64,000 nucleotides of DNA from an uncultured Nitrospiraceae bacterium. Its GTDB lineage: Bacteria; Nitrospirota; Nitrospiria; Nitrospirales; Nitrospiraceae. Below are positions 18,223-27,851 of the stretch, piece by piece (position 1 is the first letter of the stretch; the number at the start of each line of letters is the position of its first letter). The position numbers were made by a program, and so were the translations under genes. Where the stretch lies: assembly GCA_963730935.1 (NCBI GenBank), contig CAVSTP010000002.1:1016442-1080441 (forward strand), given 5' to 3'. The notes under the pieces were generated by a model that was given only the letters and a program-made list of their open reading frames with translations, ran no database searches and was not told the DNA's origin.

Positions 18223-18556
18223 AGGTGTCTTCCGTTCGGCAGTCGGCAGCCCGCTCGAGCAGGATGTTTTGGCTTCCCTTAAGCTCGCCCGCCACGATCA
18301 AGAGGAGAAACCGGCTCAGCGTTGGTTCCATGTCGCGCCGCTCTTTGACGATCGTCTGCACATCGACGATCATTTCATCTCCGTCCCACTGGGTCTCGTT
18401 GATCACCCAATAATGGCTCATGGCATCGGGGAATTGTCGTACGACGAATTTTTCGACGATGCTGCCGACGTCTCCGGTGCTTGCCAGGGTCGTGGTGGGG
18501 AATGTGAAGGCGATCGTCCAAAGTAGGGTTCCCAAAAGGATCCATCGAGAGCGCAT
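18221..18556 (-). CDS. Small exported hypothetical protein
   Basis: SD GAGGTG; signal peptide MRSRWILLGTLLWTIAF. Confidence 0.7.
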   Translation of the reverse strand: MRSRWILLGTLLWTIAFTFPTTTLASTGDVGSIVEKFVVRQFPDAMSHYWVINETQWDGDEMIVDVQTIVKERRDMEPTLSRFLLLIVAGELKGSQNILLERAADCRTEDT

Positions 18557-18721
18557 AGCGTCACCTCGCACGTGAGAGGGCAAGATCGGCTCCAGTGAGA
18601 GTAGAGAGGACCGGGAGCCGGATGGCTGCGGAGAGCTACTACTGATTGATTCTACTGCGTTAATGGGTTAATGGCAAGAAAGCTACCAGACGATGAATTT
18701 GGTAGCGGGCGGCTAAAACAC

Positions 18722-18756
18722 ACGAGCCCTGCTTCGTGACTGGAAGCAGGGCTCGT
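18722..18756 (-). terminator. Intrinsic terminator of ferredoxin gene
   Basis: Perfect 14-bp inverted repeat ACGAGCCCTGCTTC/GAAGCAGGGCTCGT, then GTGTTTT on the minus strand. Confidence 0.75.
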
Positions 18757-18780
18757 ATCAGATGATGGAAACTCTAGCCC

Positions 18781-19128
18781 TCAATTGCGAACGCCGCTCC
18801 ACACCTTCGCGGCATCGATGGATTTGTCAGGGTTGAGCTTCCGGGCCTTCTCCAGGAGCACGTCGGTCGTCTCAGGATAGACTGGATCAGCAATGCAGCA
18901 GTTGTCGACCGGGCACACAGCGGCGCATTGCGGTTCGTCGAAATGGCCGACACACTCGGTGCAGCGGTCATGGGTAATCACATAGATGTTATCGCCCACC
19001 CCCTGGCCGTCGCCTACATGGTTGCCCTTGGTTTCCGCATCGCTGCGAGTTTCAAAAATCGCCTCGTTCGGACATTCGGGCAGGCAGGCTCCACAGGAGA
19101 TACATTCGTCGGTAATCAGCAGTGCCAT
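18781..19128 (-). CDS. 2[4Fe-4S] ferredoxin, YfhL family
   Basis: CISCGACLPECP and CTECVGHFDEPQCAAVCP. Confidence 0.95.
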   Translation of the reverse strand: MALLITDECISCGACLPECPNEAIFETRSDAETKGNHVGDGQGVGDNIYVITHDRCTECVGHFDEPQCAAVCPVDNCCIADPVYPETTDVLLEKARKLNPDKSIDAAKVWSGVRN

Positions 19129-19331
19129 GACCCTTGCCTCCTTCTCACTACGATAGCTAAAACTGGGTTGACAAGATTGCAACGCCACGACATAGTGCGT
19201 AGCGTAATAAGGCGTGATTCTAGTCTGCCGCTCTTTTCCAAGTCAACAGAACGGCGTCGGATAAGAAGGCCTAGATTCCTTGTGATCATGGGCCTTTGGG
19301 CCTAGATTGCCTCTTGACCGCAGCGTCCACC

Positions 19332-19823
19332 ATGGCCGTTCAGCCCGCCTCATCGGACCACAAGAAAAAGCGGATCATTCTGATGGTCCTGCTTGCCGTC
19401 TTGCTGATGAGTGTGTCGATGTTCCTCGTGCAGCGGGACGACACAAAAACCATCATCATCGCGTTTCCCAATGGGATTGAACTCGAGGCCGAAGTGGCCG
19501 ACACACCGGAGAAGCTGCTCTTCGGAATGGCATTTCAGGACGCATTGCCTCCGAACAGCGGAATGATCTATATCTTCGAGTCAACGGGGCCCCATCGTGT
19601 GATGACCAAGGAATACCGGTTCCCCGTTGACATGATCTGGGTGGACGAAAGCCGACACATTGTGTCCATCGCCGAGAATGTTCCGCCCTGCAGGTTGGAA
19701 ACCTGCCCGTGGCACGGTTCCACGTCTCCATCCGTGCGGTACCTGATCCAGACTGCAGCGGGTTTCGCAAGGCAGGCAGGCGTTGAGGTGGGTGGCGAAC
19801 TCAAATACACGCTTCGCATGTAG
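19332..19823 (+). CDS. DUF192 family protein
   Basis: AEVADTPEKLLFGM, GMIYIF, FPVDMIWVD, VPPC...CP. Confidence 0.85.
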   Translation: MAVQPASSDHKKKRIILMVLLAVLLMSVSMFLVQRDDTKTIIIAFPNGIELEAEVADTPEKLLFGMAFQDALPPNSGMIYIFESTGPHRVMTKEYRFPVDMIWVDESRHIVSIAENVPPCRLETCPWHGSTSPSVRYLIQTAAGFARQAGVEVGGELKYTLRM

Positions 19824-19859
19824 GTCGGAGCATCAATTTTTTCGACAAGCGGGGGAGCA

Positions 19860-20183
19860 GTGGCCATCGAAGGATTTCAGGCTGTCGCCAAAGTGGACGA
19901 TGTGCCTCCGGGGCAGTCCAAAGTCGTGACGATGAACAATCGCACGATCGCCTTGTTCAATGTGGACGGGAAAGTCTACGCCATTCACAACCTCTGTCCT
20001 CATGAAGGAGGTCCCTTGAATGAAGGGCGCGTCAAAGGATTCGTCGTCTCCTGTCCATGGCATGACCTGGCGTTCGACATTCGGAACGGCCAGGGCACCG
20101 ATGGAGGCGGGTATTGTGTCGGGAGCTATGACGTACGCGTCGAGGGCGGCGACATCTACGTGGGCCCGCGTCGCAAGGGTTAG
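19860..20183 (+). CDS. Rieske [2Fe-2S] ferredoxin
   Basis: CPHEGG and CPWH. Confidence 0.93.
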   Translation: MAIEGFQAVAKVDDVPPGQSKVVTMNNRTIALFNVDGKVYAIHNLCPHEGGPLNEGRVKGFVVSCPWHDLAFDIRNGQGTDGGGYCVGSYDVRVEGGDIYVGPRRKG

Positions 20184-20203
20184 CGCTGGGCCCTACGGTC
20201 AAC

Positions 20204-20533
20204 ATGCCTGAGGTCAAGGAAGAATTGCACGACCAGGACAAGGTCATTCAAGCCACGCTCGATCAACCGATCGAGATCCACCTCTGGGAGGATCGGACCA
20301 GAGGGGAACTGTGGATTCCCAGCTATGAGCCTACGGCGTTGGCCTTGCTGAGCGACGACTATTTGCGCGTGGCAGGCAACAACGCGGTCGACAATGGCCA
20401 ACGGACATTCGAGTTCAAGGCGCTCAAGCCGGGAAACTTTGACGTCGTGTTTGAAAAACGAATGGGCTGGAAGTTCACTGCCGAAGACCGGCGGGTGTTT
20501 CATATCAACGTTTGCGCTGAGAGGAGCCCCTAA
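20204..20533 (+). CDS. Chagasin/I42 inhibitor-like Ig-fold protein, no signal peptide
   Basis: IEIHLWEDRTRGELW, GQRTFEFKALKPG, FEKRMGW. Confidence 0.65.
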   Translation: MPEVKEELHDQDKVIQATLDQPIEIHLWEDRTRGELWIPSYEPTALALLSDDYLRVAGNNAVDNGQRTFEFKALKPGNFDVVFEKRMGWKFTAEDRRVFHINVCAERSP

Positions 20534-20535
20534 TC

Positions 20536-21375
20536 GTGTCCGAGACTGCGTTTATCAACGGACGCTTCCTGCCGTTGGCTCAAGCGTCGGTGCCGATCGA
20601 GGATCGCGGCTTTCAATTTGGGGACGGCGTCTACGAAGTCATCCGCACCTATCGAGGCCGGCCCTTCAAACTGGAAGCGCACCTCGCCCGCTTACACCGC
20701 AGTGCAGACGCCATTAATCTCCATCAGCCCTATGCCTTTGAACAGTGGCGTGACTACATCGCCGAAGGTCTCCGCCTGGCTGCCTTCCCGGAAGCCAAAA
20801 TCTACATCCAGATCACGCGGGGCCAGGCACCCCGTGACCATGCCTATCCACCAGACCTGGAGCCCACCATTGTCATGACCGTTCGAGAGTTGCGTCCGCT
20901 GGCGGCCGCCGTGCAGACGGGTGGCGTCGATGCAATGACGGTCGACGATGTTCGTTGGGGGCGTTGCGACATTAAAAGTATCAACCTCTTACCCAACGTG
21001 CTTGCGCGTCAACAAGCAAAACAGGCCGGCGTGTTCGAGGCCATTCTGGTCAAAAACGGGGAGGTCACGGAAGGATCGGTCAGCAATGTGATCATCGTCG
21101 AGAACCGTACACTGATCACGGCGCCCGAAGGGACACGCATTCTTTCAGGCGTCACGCGAGAGGTCGTCCTTGCACTGGCCGGACAGGAAGGGTTCGAAGT
21201 CCAGGAACGGTATCCTTCGAAGGCGCAGCTCTACGCTGCCTCCGAGGTGTTTTTGACGGGTACGACGGTCGAAGTGTTGTCGGTCGTACGGATCGACGAC
21301 AGGTCCATCGGAGGCGGCGAGCCCGGTCCGGTGACCCGGAGCCTGGCCAAGCGATTTCTCGAGCAGACTGGATAG
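20536..21375 (+). CDS. dat: D-amino-acid aminotransferase (class IV PLP)
   Basis: EDRGFQFGDGVYE, RWGRCDIKSINLL, TEGSVSN, ILSGVTR. Confidence 0.9.
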   Translation: MSETAFINGRFLPLAQASVPIEDRGFQFGDGVYEVIRTYRGRPFKLEAHLARLHRSADAINLHQPYAFEQWRDYIAEGLRLAAFPEAKIYIQITRGQAPRDHAYPPDLEPTIVMTVRELRPLAAAVQTGGVDAMTVDDVRWGRCDIKSINLLPNVLARQQAKQAGVFEAILVKNGEVTEGSVSNVIIVENRTLITAPEGTRILSGVTREVVLALAGQEGFEVQERYPSKAQLYAASEVFLTGTTVEVLSVVRIDDRSIGGGEPGPVTRSLAKRFLEQTG

Positions 21376-21383
21376 CTGGCCCC

Positions 21384-21412
21384 TTGCTTTGGCGTCAATG
21401 AAATGCTAAGGT
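21384..21412 (+). promoter_or_regulatory. Sigma-70 promoter of rimP operon
   Basis: TTGCTT-N17-TAAGGT with TG extension. Confidence 0.55.
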
Positions 21413-21423
21413 GCCACCTCCGG

Positions 21424-21452
21424 AAAGTGGGCTCAGGCCCACTTTTTTGTTT
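21424..21452 (+). ncRNA. rimP leader hairpin (terminator-like attenuator)
   Basis: AAAGTGGGC-TCAG-GCCCACTTT plus T tract just upstream of rimP, matching the known GGGC...GCCC rimP leader. Confidence 0.75.
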
Positions 21453-21487
21453 GGGCTAGAACGATACCCAGAGAAGCGGGGCTAGGG

Positions 21488-21970
21488 GTGTTGGTGAAGG
21501 AGTCCCGATCAGTCGTCGACCGCATCAGCGAGGCAGTGTCCCCCATTTTATGGACGTTGGGTCTGGAACTGGCGGATGTCGTCTGCGTGGGGCAGGGCCC
21601 CCGTTCGGTCGTACGGGTCTTCATCGATAAACCGGAAGGCGTCACGCTGGATGATTGCGAGCGCGCGCATAAGGCGCTTGGTCCTGCGCTCGACGTGGCC
21701 GATCCATTTCCCCACGCCTACACGCTGGAAGTCTCCTCCCCGGGTCTCGATCGTCCCTTCAAACGGATTCAAGATTATCGACGGGCAATCGGAAAGCGGG
21801 TGACGCTGAAACTCAGGGAGCCTCTTGCCGGGCAATGGCGTCTAGTAGGAACATTGATCGGCGTGGAGGACAACGCGGTGACTTTGGAACTGAAAGAGCC
21901 TGCCCCGTCGCGGACGGTGACGCTGGAACACCAGGTCATCGCCGAGGCGAAGAGGGCGGTCACCTGGTGA
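21488..21970 (+). CDS. rimP: Ribosome maturation factor RimP
   Basis: VRVFIDK, YTLEVSSPGLDRP. Confidence 0.95.
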   Translation: MLVKESRSVVDRISEAVSPILWTLGLELADVVCVGQGPRSVVRVFIDKPEGVTLDDCERAHKALGPALDVADPFPHAYTLEVSSPGLDRPFKRIQDYRRAIGKRVTLKLREPLAGQWRLVGTLIGVEDNAVTLELKEPAPSRTVTLEHQVIAEAKRAVTW

Positions 21971-21998
21971 ACATCGGAGTCGGAGTGGAGAGCCAATT

Positions 21999-23150
21999 AT
22001 GAACCGAGAATTGATTTCCGTCATCGACGAAATCGGCCGGCAAAAAGGCATCGACAAGACCAAAGTCATCGGCGCCATAGAAGCCGCCTTGCAGACGGCC
22101 GCCAAGAAGCGGTTTGGACAGGCCGAGAATATCCAGGTCGAGATCGACTCCAAGACCGGGGAAATTTCCGTCGTCTCCAAAAAGATCATCGTCGAATCCG
22201 TGAGCAACCCCAAAGCAGAAATTTCTCTGAAAGAAGCCCGCGCGTACGACAGCGAGGCTGAAGTCGGAGACGAGATCGGTTCGCTGATTGAAATGGATGA
22301 ATTGGGTCGCATCGCGGCGCAAACCGCCAAGCAAGTCATCTTCCAAAAGGTTCGGGAAGCGGAATGGGAAGCGGTCCAGAAGGAATATTCGACGAGGCAA
22401 GGCGATCTCGTGAACGGCATCATTCTCGGAATGGAACGGCGTAATTACCTCGTCGATTTGGGCAAGACGGAAGCGATTCTCCCCATACAGGAACAGATCC
22501 CTCGCGAAACCTACCGCCGGGGCGACCGGGTGAAAGCCATGTTACTCGAGGTTCGTCGCACGCCGAAGGATGTTCAGGTCATTCTGACCCGCAGCCACCC
22601 ACAATTCGTCTCAAAATTGTTCGAATTGGAAGTCCCCGAGGTCATGGAGAAGATTGTCGAAATCAAGGCCGTGGTCCGCGAGCCCGGCGACCGCACGAAG
22701 ATTGCCGTCACGTCGCGCGAGAAGGCAGTCGATCCGGTCGGAGCGTGCGTGGGAATTAAGGGCTCTCGGGTTCAGGCAGTCGTGCGCGAGCTGCGAGGAG
22801 AAAAAATCGACATTATCACCTGGACCTCTGATCCGCGCGTATTTATCGCGGAAGCGTTGAACCCTGCCACCATCGAAAAAGTAGGCGTCGACGAGGAGAA
22901 GAAATCGGCCTTGGTCGTCGTGGCGGACTCACAGTTGTCGCTCGCCATCGGTAAAAACGGACAAAACGTCAGGTTGGCGGCCCGATTGACCGGCTGGAAA
23001 ATCGACATCATCAGCGCGACCGAGTACGAAAAAGAAAAGGCCGAGCGTGACAAGGAAATCAAGGCCGCTCTCGCCGAAGAAGCTGAAGCACAACGGCAGC
23101 AGGAAGAGGCACGTCAACAGGAAAAGGCCCAGCAAGAGGCGGAAGGGTAA
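21999..23150 (+). CDS. nusA: Transcription factor NusA
   Basis: GRIAAQTAKQVI, S1/KH domains, LAIGKNGQNVRLAARLTGW. Confidence 0.98.
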   Translation: MNRELISVIDEIGRQKGIDKTKVIGAIEAALQTAAKKRFGQAENIQVEIDSKTGEISVVSKKIIVESVSNPKAEISLKEARAYDSEAEVGDEIGSLIEMDELGRIAAQTAKQVIFQKVREAEWEAVQKEYSTRQGDLVNGIILGMERRNYLVDLGKTEAILPIQEQIPRETYRRGDRVKAMLLEVRRTPKDVQVILTRSHPQFVSKLFELEVPEVMEKIVEIKAVVREPGDRTKIAVTSREKAVDPVGACVGIKGSRVQAVVRELRGEKIDIITWTSDPRVFIAEALNPATIEKVGVDEEKKSALVVVADSQLSLAIGKNGQNVRLAARLTGWKIDIISATEYEKEKAERDKEIKAALAEEAEAQRQQEEARQQEKAQQEAEG

Positions 23151-23162
23151 CGAATTCACCGT

Positions 23163-25661
23163 ATGCGTGTGTACGAACTAGCCAAACAGCTTGGGATGGA
23201 GAATCGGGATCTGATCCCGGAACTCAAGCGTCTGGGGATCACTGTCGCCTCCCACAGCAGTGCCCTCGAACCTGATGCAGTGCAGAAAGCCCTTGAAAAA
23301 CTGGGGCCCAAGCAGAAGACAGGGACCAAGTCCGATGCTGTCGGACGTCCGGACAGACATGCGGATGGAGGAGGCCACCACCCAGCAGCCAAAGGTGCCG
23401 GTGTTCATGCCCCCACTGAAGAATCCAAACCGGACAAACGCCGCATTCTCATCAAGCGAAAACGCGATGAGCCGACCACTGAAGAACCAGCACCCTTCGG
23501 ACACGAACCGCTTGCAGCCCACCCTGCGGAAACCGCTGTTCCCACGACGATGTCACCGTTGCATCCGACGGCGGAAAGTCCGGTGGTTCATCACGAACCG
23601 CATGCTCCAAGCAGTGCCCCTCTGGCGGCTGAGCCGCCGGTGGTCACGAAACCCGCTACGCCACCAAGTCCTGAAGTGCTGTCCGGCAAGAAGAAGGTGC
23701 TCGAAGAGCTCCAAACCGAAGTCTCGAAGGACAAGCTAAAAAAAGCTCGCAAGCCCGGCCGCTCGCGGGAAGAAGACGAAGTGCGCGTGCGGGAAGATGC
23801 CGCCCGGTGGCAGGACCTTCGAGCGATCCCTGTTCAGCGGCGCGACGACCGCAGCAAGCACGTCCATCACAGCACACCGGCTGAGATTACCAAGCCGCGG
23901 AAAAAAAGCGTTAAGCTCACGCCGGGCATGACCGTCAAGGAATTCGCCGAATTAATCGGTCAACGTCCGGCAGATATCGTGCGCAAGCTCATGGACATGG
24001 GGCAGATGCTGACATTCAACCAGTCGATGCACGTCGCGGCGGCCTCAATGCTCGCCGAAGAGGCTGGAGTGAAGGTGGAAATCGCCGTAGAGAAAGCGGG
24101 TGAAGATTTGCTCGAGGACATCACGCAGGTGCAAGGCGAAGTCCGGCTCGAGCCTCGGCCGCCGGTCGTGACGATCATGGGCCATGTCGACCACGGCAAA
24201 ACATCCTTGTTGGACGCGATTCGTGAAACCAAGGTCGCGGAAGGTGAGGCTGGAGGCATTACACAGCACATCGGCGCCTATACGGTCAGCGTCCGTGGCA
24301 AGCAGGTGACGTTTCTCGATACGCCGGGCCACGAGGCGTTCACCGCGATGCGCGCTCGGGGCGCGAAGGTTACGGATATCGTCATCTTAGTCGTTGCCGC
24401 GGACGACGGCGTCATGCCGCAGACGGTGGAGGCGATTCATCACGCCAAGGCCGCCGGCGTCCCGCTCATCGTCGCCATGAACAAGATTGACAAGCCCAGC
24501 GCCAATCCTGACCGCGTGCGGAATGCACTCTCCGAACACGGCTTAATCTCAGAAGCATGGGGCGGGGATACGATCATGGTCGAAGTCTCGGCGAAACAAA
24601 AGACCGGCCTCGATCAGCTGCTCGAAATGATTTTGCTCCAGGCCGAAGTTCTGGAATTGAAGGCGGATCCTCACCAGTACGCGAAAGGCGCAGTCGTCGA
24701 AGCCAAACTCGAGCGGGGCCGCGGCCCAGTCGCCACGGTGCTGGTGCAAAGCGGCACCCTGCATGCCGGCGACGCGTTTGTCGTCGGCGCGTTCAGCGGC
24801 AAAGTGCGCGCCTTGATCAGCCATACGGGCATAAAGGTCCAACAGGCCGGTCCGTCGGTTCCCGTCGAGGTGATCGGGTTGCCCGGTGTGCCGTCGGCCG
24901 GTGATGTGTTCCAGGCCGTGAAAGACGAGCGCATCGCCCGTGAGATTGCGGACGATCGCGCGCGCAAACAGCGGGCGGCCGAGTTGGCAGGCTCCGGCAA
25001 GGTCTCGCTCGATGATCTGTTCGCCAAGATCCAGGAAGGGTCCGTCAAGGAACTGTCGCTCGTCATCAAGGCCGATGTCCAAGGATCTGCGGAAGCCTTG
25101 GCGACGGCGGTTGAAAAGCTGCCGACGGACGCGGTGAAGCTCCGGGTCATCCATAACGGTGTCGGCGGGATCACCGAATCTGACGTTCTGCTCGCGGCGG
25201 CTTCCAACGCGATCATCATCGGATTCAACATTAGACCCGAGCCTAAGGCCTCCGACCTTGCTGAGAAGGAACACGTCGACGTCAGGCTGTATACGATCAT
25301 TTACGACGCGTTGAACGATATTAGGGCGGCGATGGAGGGCCTGCTTGAGCCGACGCTTAAAGAGCGGGTGCTCGGTCGTGCCGAAGTGCGTCAGGTCTTC
25401 ACCGTGTCAAAATCCGGTACGATTGCGGGTTCTTATGTCATCGACGGTACCATCACACGTGCGAGCGCAGGCGTTCGGGTGATCCGCGACAATGTCGTGG
25501 TGTATCAGGGAAGATTGGGGTCGTTACGCCGCTTCAAGGACGACGTTCGCGAGGTCCAGCAAGGCTACGAGTGCGGCATCGGCGTGGAGAACTTCAGCGA
25601 TATCAAGACCGGCGACGTGATCGAAGCCTATGCCATCGACAAGATCGCCGCAAAGCTGTGA
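23163..25661 (+). CDS. infB: Translation initiation factor IF-2
   Basis: [24 protein letters not shown]. Confidence 0.98.
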   Translation: MRVYELAKQLGMENRDLIPELKRLGITVASHSSALEPDAVQKALEKLGPKQKTGTKSDAVGRPDRHADGGGHHPAAKGAGVHAPTEESKPDKRRILIKRKRDEPTTEEPAPFGHEPLAAHPAETAVPTTMSPLHPTAESPVVHHEPHAPSSAPLAAEPPVVTKPATPPSPEVLSGKKKVLEELQTEVSKDKLKKARKPGRSREEDEVRVREDAARWQDLRAIPVQRRDDRSKHVHHSTPAEITKPRKKSVKLTPGMTVKEFAELIGQRPADIVRKLMDMGQMLTFNQSMHVAAASMLAEEAGVKVEIAVEKAGEDLLEDITQVQGEVRLEPRPPVVTIMGHVDHGKTSLLDAIRETKVAEGEAGGITQHIGAYTVSVRGKQVTFLDTPGHEAFTAMRARGAKVTDIVILVVAADDGVMPQTVEAIHHAKAAGVPLIVAMNKIDKPSANPDRVRNALSEHGLISEAWGGDTIMVEVSAKQKTGLDQLLEMILLQAEVLELKADPHQYAKGAVVEAKLERGRGPVATVLVQSGTLHAGDAFVVGAFSGKVRALISHTGIKVQQAGPSVPVEVIGLPGVPSAGDVFQAVKDERIAREIADDRARKQRAAELAGSGKVSLDDLFAKIQEGSVKELSLVIKADVQGSAEALATAVEKLPTDAVKLRVIHNGVGGITESDVLLAAASNAIIIGFNIRPEPKASDLAEKEHVDVRLYTIIYDALNDIRAAMEGLLEPTLKERVLGRAEVRQVFTVSKSGTIAGSYVIDGTITRASAGVRVIRDNVVVYQGRLGSLRRFKDDVREVQQGYECGIGVENFSDIKTGDVIEAYAIDKIAAKL

Positions 25662-25722
25662 CGGAGATGTTGAGAGGTCGGTGGGCGGAAGGCAGGGTAC
25701 GCAGTCATGAGCCGGTCGTATT

Positions 25723-26010
25723 GTGAGCGTCATCATCGGGCTCTGCACGATCGAGCTTTTCATCGCCGACAGTCAATCGTTGAAAGACAAGCGGCAGGTC
25801 CTTCTGAGTCTGAAAGACCGACTGCGGCAGAAATTCAATCTGTCTGTGGCTGAAATCGACGGCCAGGATCTGTGGCAGAAGGCGGTGCTGGCATTGGCCT
25901 GCGTCGCCAATGACGGGCGGCACGTGAACCAGGTGTTGGACCAAGCACTCAATCTGGTCAGAAGTCATACAGTTGTTGAGATCGTCCAGTCTCGAATCGA
26001 GTTGTTGTGA
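25723..26010 (+). CDS. DUF503 (YlxP) family protein
   Basis: SLKDKRQV...FNLSVAEI.GQDLWQ; located between infB and rbfA. Confidence 0.9.
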   Translation: MSVIIGLCTIELFIADSQSLKDKRQVLLSLKDRLRQKFNLSVAEIDGQDLWQKAVLALACVANDGRHVNQVLDQALNLVRSHTVVEIVQSRIELL

Positions 26011-26062
26011 CGGTTCAAAGGCTTGTCATGGGCAATGGCAGGCCGATCAAGGGAGCTGGGCG

Positions 26063-26446
26063 ATGTCCAAGACGGGGTACAGCCGGGCCGAGCGCGTCGC
26101 CGATCAGATCCGCATCGAGGTGGCCGACATCCTGTTGCGGAAGATGCGGGACCCGCGTGTCCGCTCGGTGACGGTGACGGACGTGGAATTGACGAATGAT
26201 CTGCGCATCGCCCGCGTCTTCGTCACGGCCTTGGGGAGCGAGGCGGAGACAAAGGATGTCTTTGCGGGGCTCAGCAAGGCCAGCGGTTTTGTCCGAAGCG
26301 AGCTGGGGCACCGGTTGACCCTGCGGTATCTCCCAGAGATCGTGTTCGTGAAGGACGTCAGCGGACCGCGCGGTGATCGTGTGCTGCAGTTGCTGGATGA
26401 GATTCATGAGAAAGCGGATGTCGAACCGGAGGAGCCTGCTTCGTAG
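26063..26446 (+). CDS. rbfA: Ribosome-binding factor A
   Basis: RAERVADQI, RDPRV, DLRIARVFV, LRYLPEIVF. Confidence 0.96.
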   Translation: MSKTGYSRAERVADQIRIEVADILLRKMRDPRVRSVTVTDVELTNDLRIARVFVTALGSEAETKDVFAGLSKASGFVRSELGHRLTLRYLPEIVFVKDVSGPRGDRVLQLLDEIHEKADVEPEEPAS

Positions 26447-26458
26447 CGCAGAATCCCT

Positions 26459-27415
26459 ATGACTGCGACGGTGTCAAAATGTGAGGTGATGAACGGCGTC
26501 CTGGCTGTGAACAAGGAAGCCGGATGGACCTCGCATGACGTGGTTGCAAAGCTCCGGCAGCTGCTCGGAGGAGCGAAGGTTGGCCATGCCGGCACTTTGG
26601 ATCCTGCCGCAACAGGCCTGCTGCCTCTCTTGATCGGGAAGGGCACTCGCATTGCGGAGTATCTCGTTGAATGGGACAAGGAGTACCACGCCCGGCTCCG
26701 CTTGGGAGAGACCACAGATACGCTGGATGCCACCGGCACCATCCTTGATCGTCACTCGACACAACACCTCACGCATGCCGCGATCCTTGAAGCCGTAGGA
26801 CGGTTCCGGGGAGCCATCGAGCAGGTGCCGCCGATGTATTCGGCAGTGAAAATAGACGGCGTGCCCTTATACCGCTCTGCTCGTGCCGGAAAAACGATTG
26901 CTCGAGCCGCCCGGACGGTCGTCATACAGGAATTGGATGTGCTGGATATCGCTGGCGGACAGGACGTCGCACTCCGGGTGGTGTGCTCGAAGGGCACGTA
27001 CATTCGGTCACTGTGTGCCGATATCGGTATGGCGTTGGGAGTCGGTGCCCATCTTCGGACTTTGGAAAGGACCCGCGTGGGCCCGCTGAGTCTGAATCGG
27101 GCTCTCACCGTCGACGCGATCATCCGCGATCATCATCTTGGCGCTTTGGCGGACCACGTGTGGTCGCTTGATGATGTGCTGCGGGATCTTCCGGTTGTGG
27201 TTGTCGACGCGCGAGCAGCCAACCGTGTGTGCCATGGAGCACCGGTGACGTGGTCAGACGTCGTCCCGGCGATGGATGGTCGGCTGCAACTGAAAGCGGA
27301 TATGGCTGTGCGCATTCATGATGGCAGCGGACGGTTATTGGCCGTGGGACGATTATCGGAGCCGTGCTCCGATCGGATTGCGGTAGAGAAAGTATTTGCG
27401 ACAGTGTTGGAATGA
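26459..27415 (+). CDS. truB: tRNA pseudouridine(55) synthase
   Basis: TSHDVV, GHAGTLDP, CSKGTYIRSL. Confidence 0.97.
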   Translation: MTATVSKCEVMNGVLAVNKEAGWTSHDVVAKLRQLLGGAKVGHAGTLDPAATGLLPLLIGKGTRIAEYLVEWDKEYHARLRLGETTDTLDATGTILDRHSTQHLTHAAILEAVGRFRGAIEQVPPMYSAVKIDGVPLYRSARAGKTIARAARTVVIQELDVLDIAGGQDVALRVVCSKGTYIRSLCADIGMALGVGAHLRTLERTRVGPLSLNRALTVDAIIRDHHLGALADHVWSLDDVLRDLPVVVVDARAANRVCHGAPVTWSDVVPAMDGRLQLKADMAVRIHDGSGRLLAVGRLSEPCSDRIAVEKVFATVLE

Positions 27416-27444
27416 GCTAAAAGAAAAAGAAAGAGGAGAATCCA

Positions 27445-27714
27445 ATGGCTTTGTTGAAGGATGCGAAGGCCGAATTGATCAAACAGTATCGGCAGCATGA
27501 CACCGATTCGGGGTCACCGGAGGTTCAGATCGCCGTGTTGACGAACCGGATCACCTATTTGACCGAACACTTCAAGCTCCATAAGAAGGATCATCACTCG
27601 CGGCGCGGGTTGCTGCAACTCGTGGGGCGCCGCCGGAGGTTGTTGGACTACCTCCGTGACATCGACGATGCTCGGTACCGGGCGGTCATCGAGCGCTTGG
27701 GCATTCGAAAGTAA
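27445..27714 (+). CDS. rpsO: 30S ribosomal protein S15
   Basis: [21 protein letters not shown]. Confidence 0.99.
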   Translation: MALLKDAKAELIKQYRQHDTDSGSPEVQIAVLTNRITYLTEHFKLHKKDHHSRRGLLQLVGRRRRLLDYLRDIDDARYRAVIERLGIRK

Positions 27715-27722
27715 TCAAAGAT

Positions 27723-27827
27723 CCTGCTGTCGCACACGTCGACAGCAGGCCACCGTCGCACAGGTGAACACTGAAATGCGCTCGTCGTCGCTGGCGGCCC
27801 TCGAGCGTATCTCTGTGGGCATCTGTG
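27723..27827 (+). promoter_or_regulatory. Structured rpsO-pnp spacer (hairpin plus long imperfect stem; putative RNase III-processed pnp leader)
   Basis: 10-bp hairpin 27723-27749. CACAGGTG (27759) pairs with CATCTGTG (27820); ATGCGCTCG (27776) pairs with CGAGCGTAT (27802). Confidence 0.55.
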
Positions 27828-27851
27828 GGGCACAACATGAGGAGACCATAG

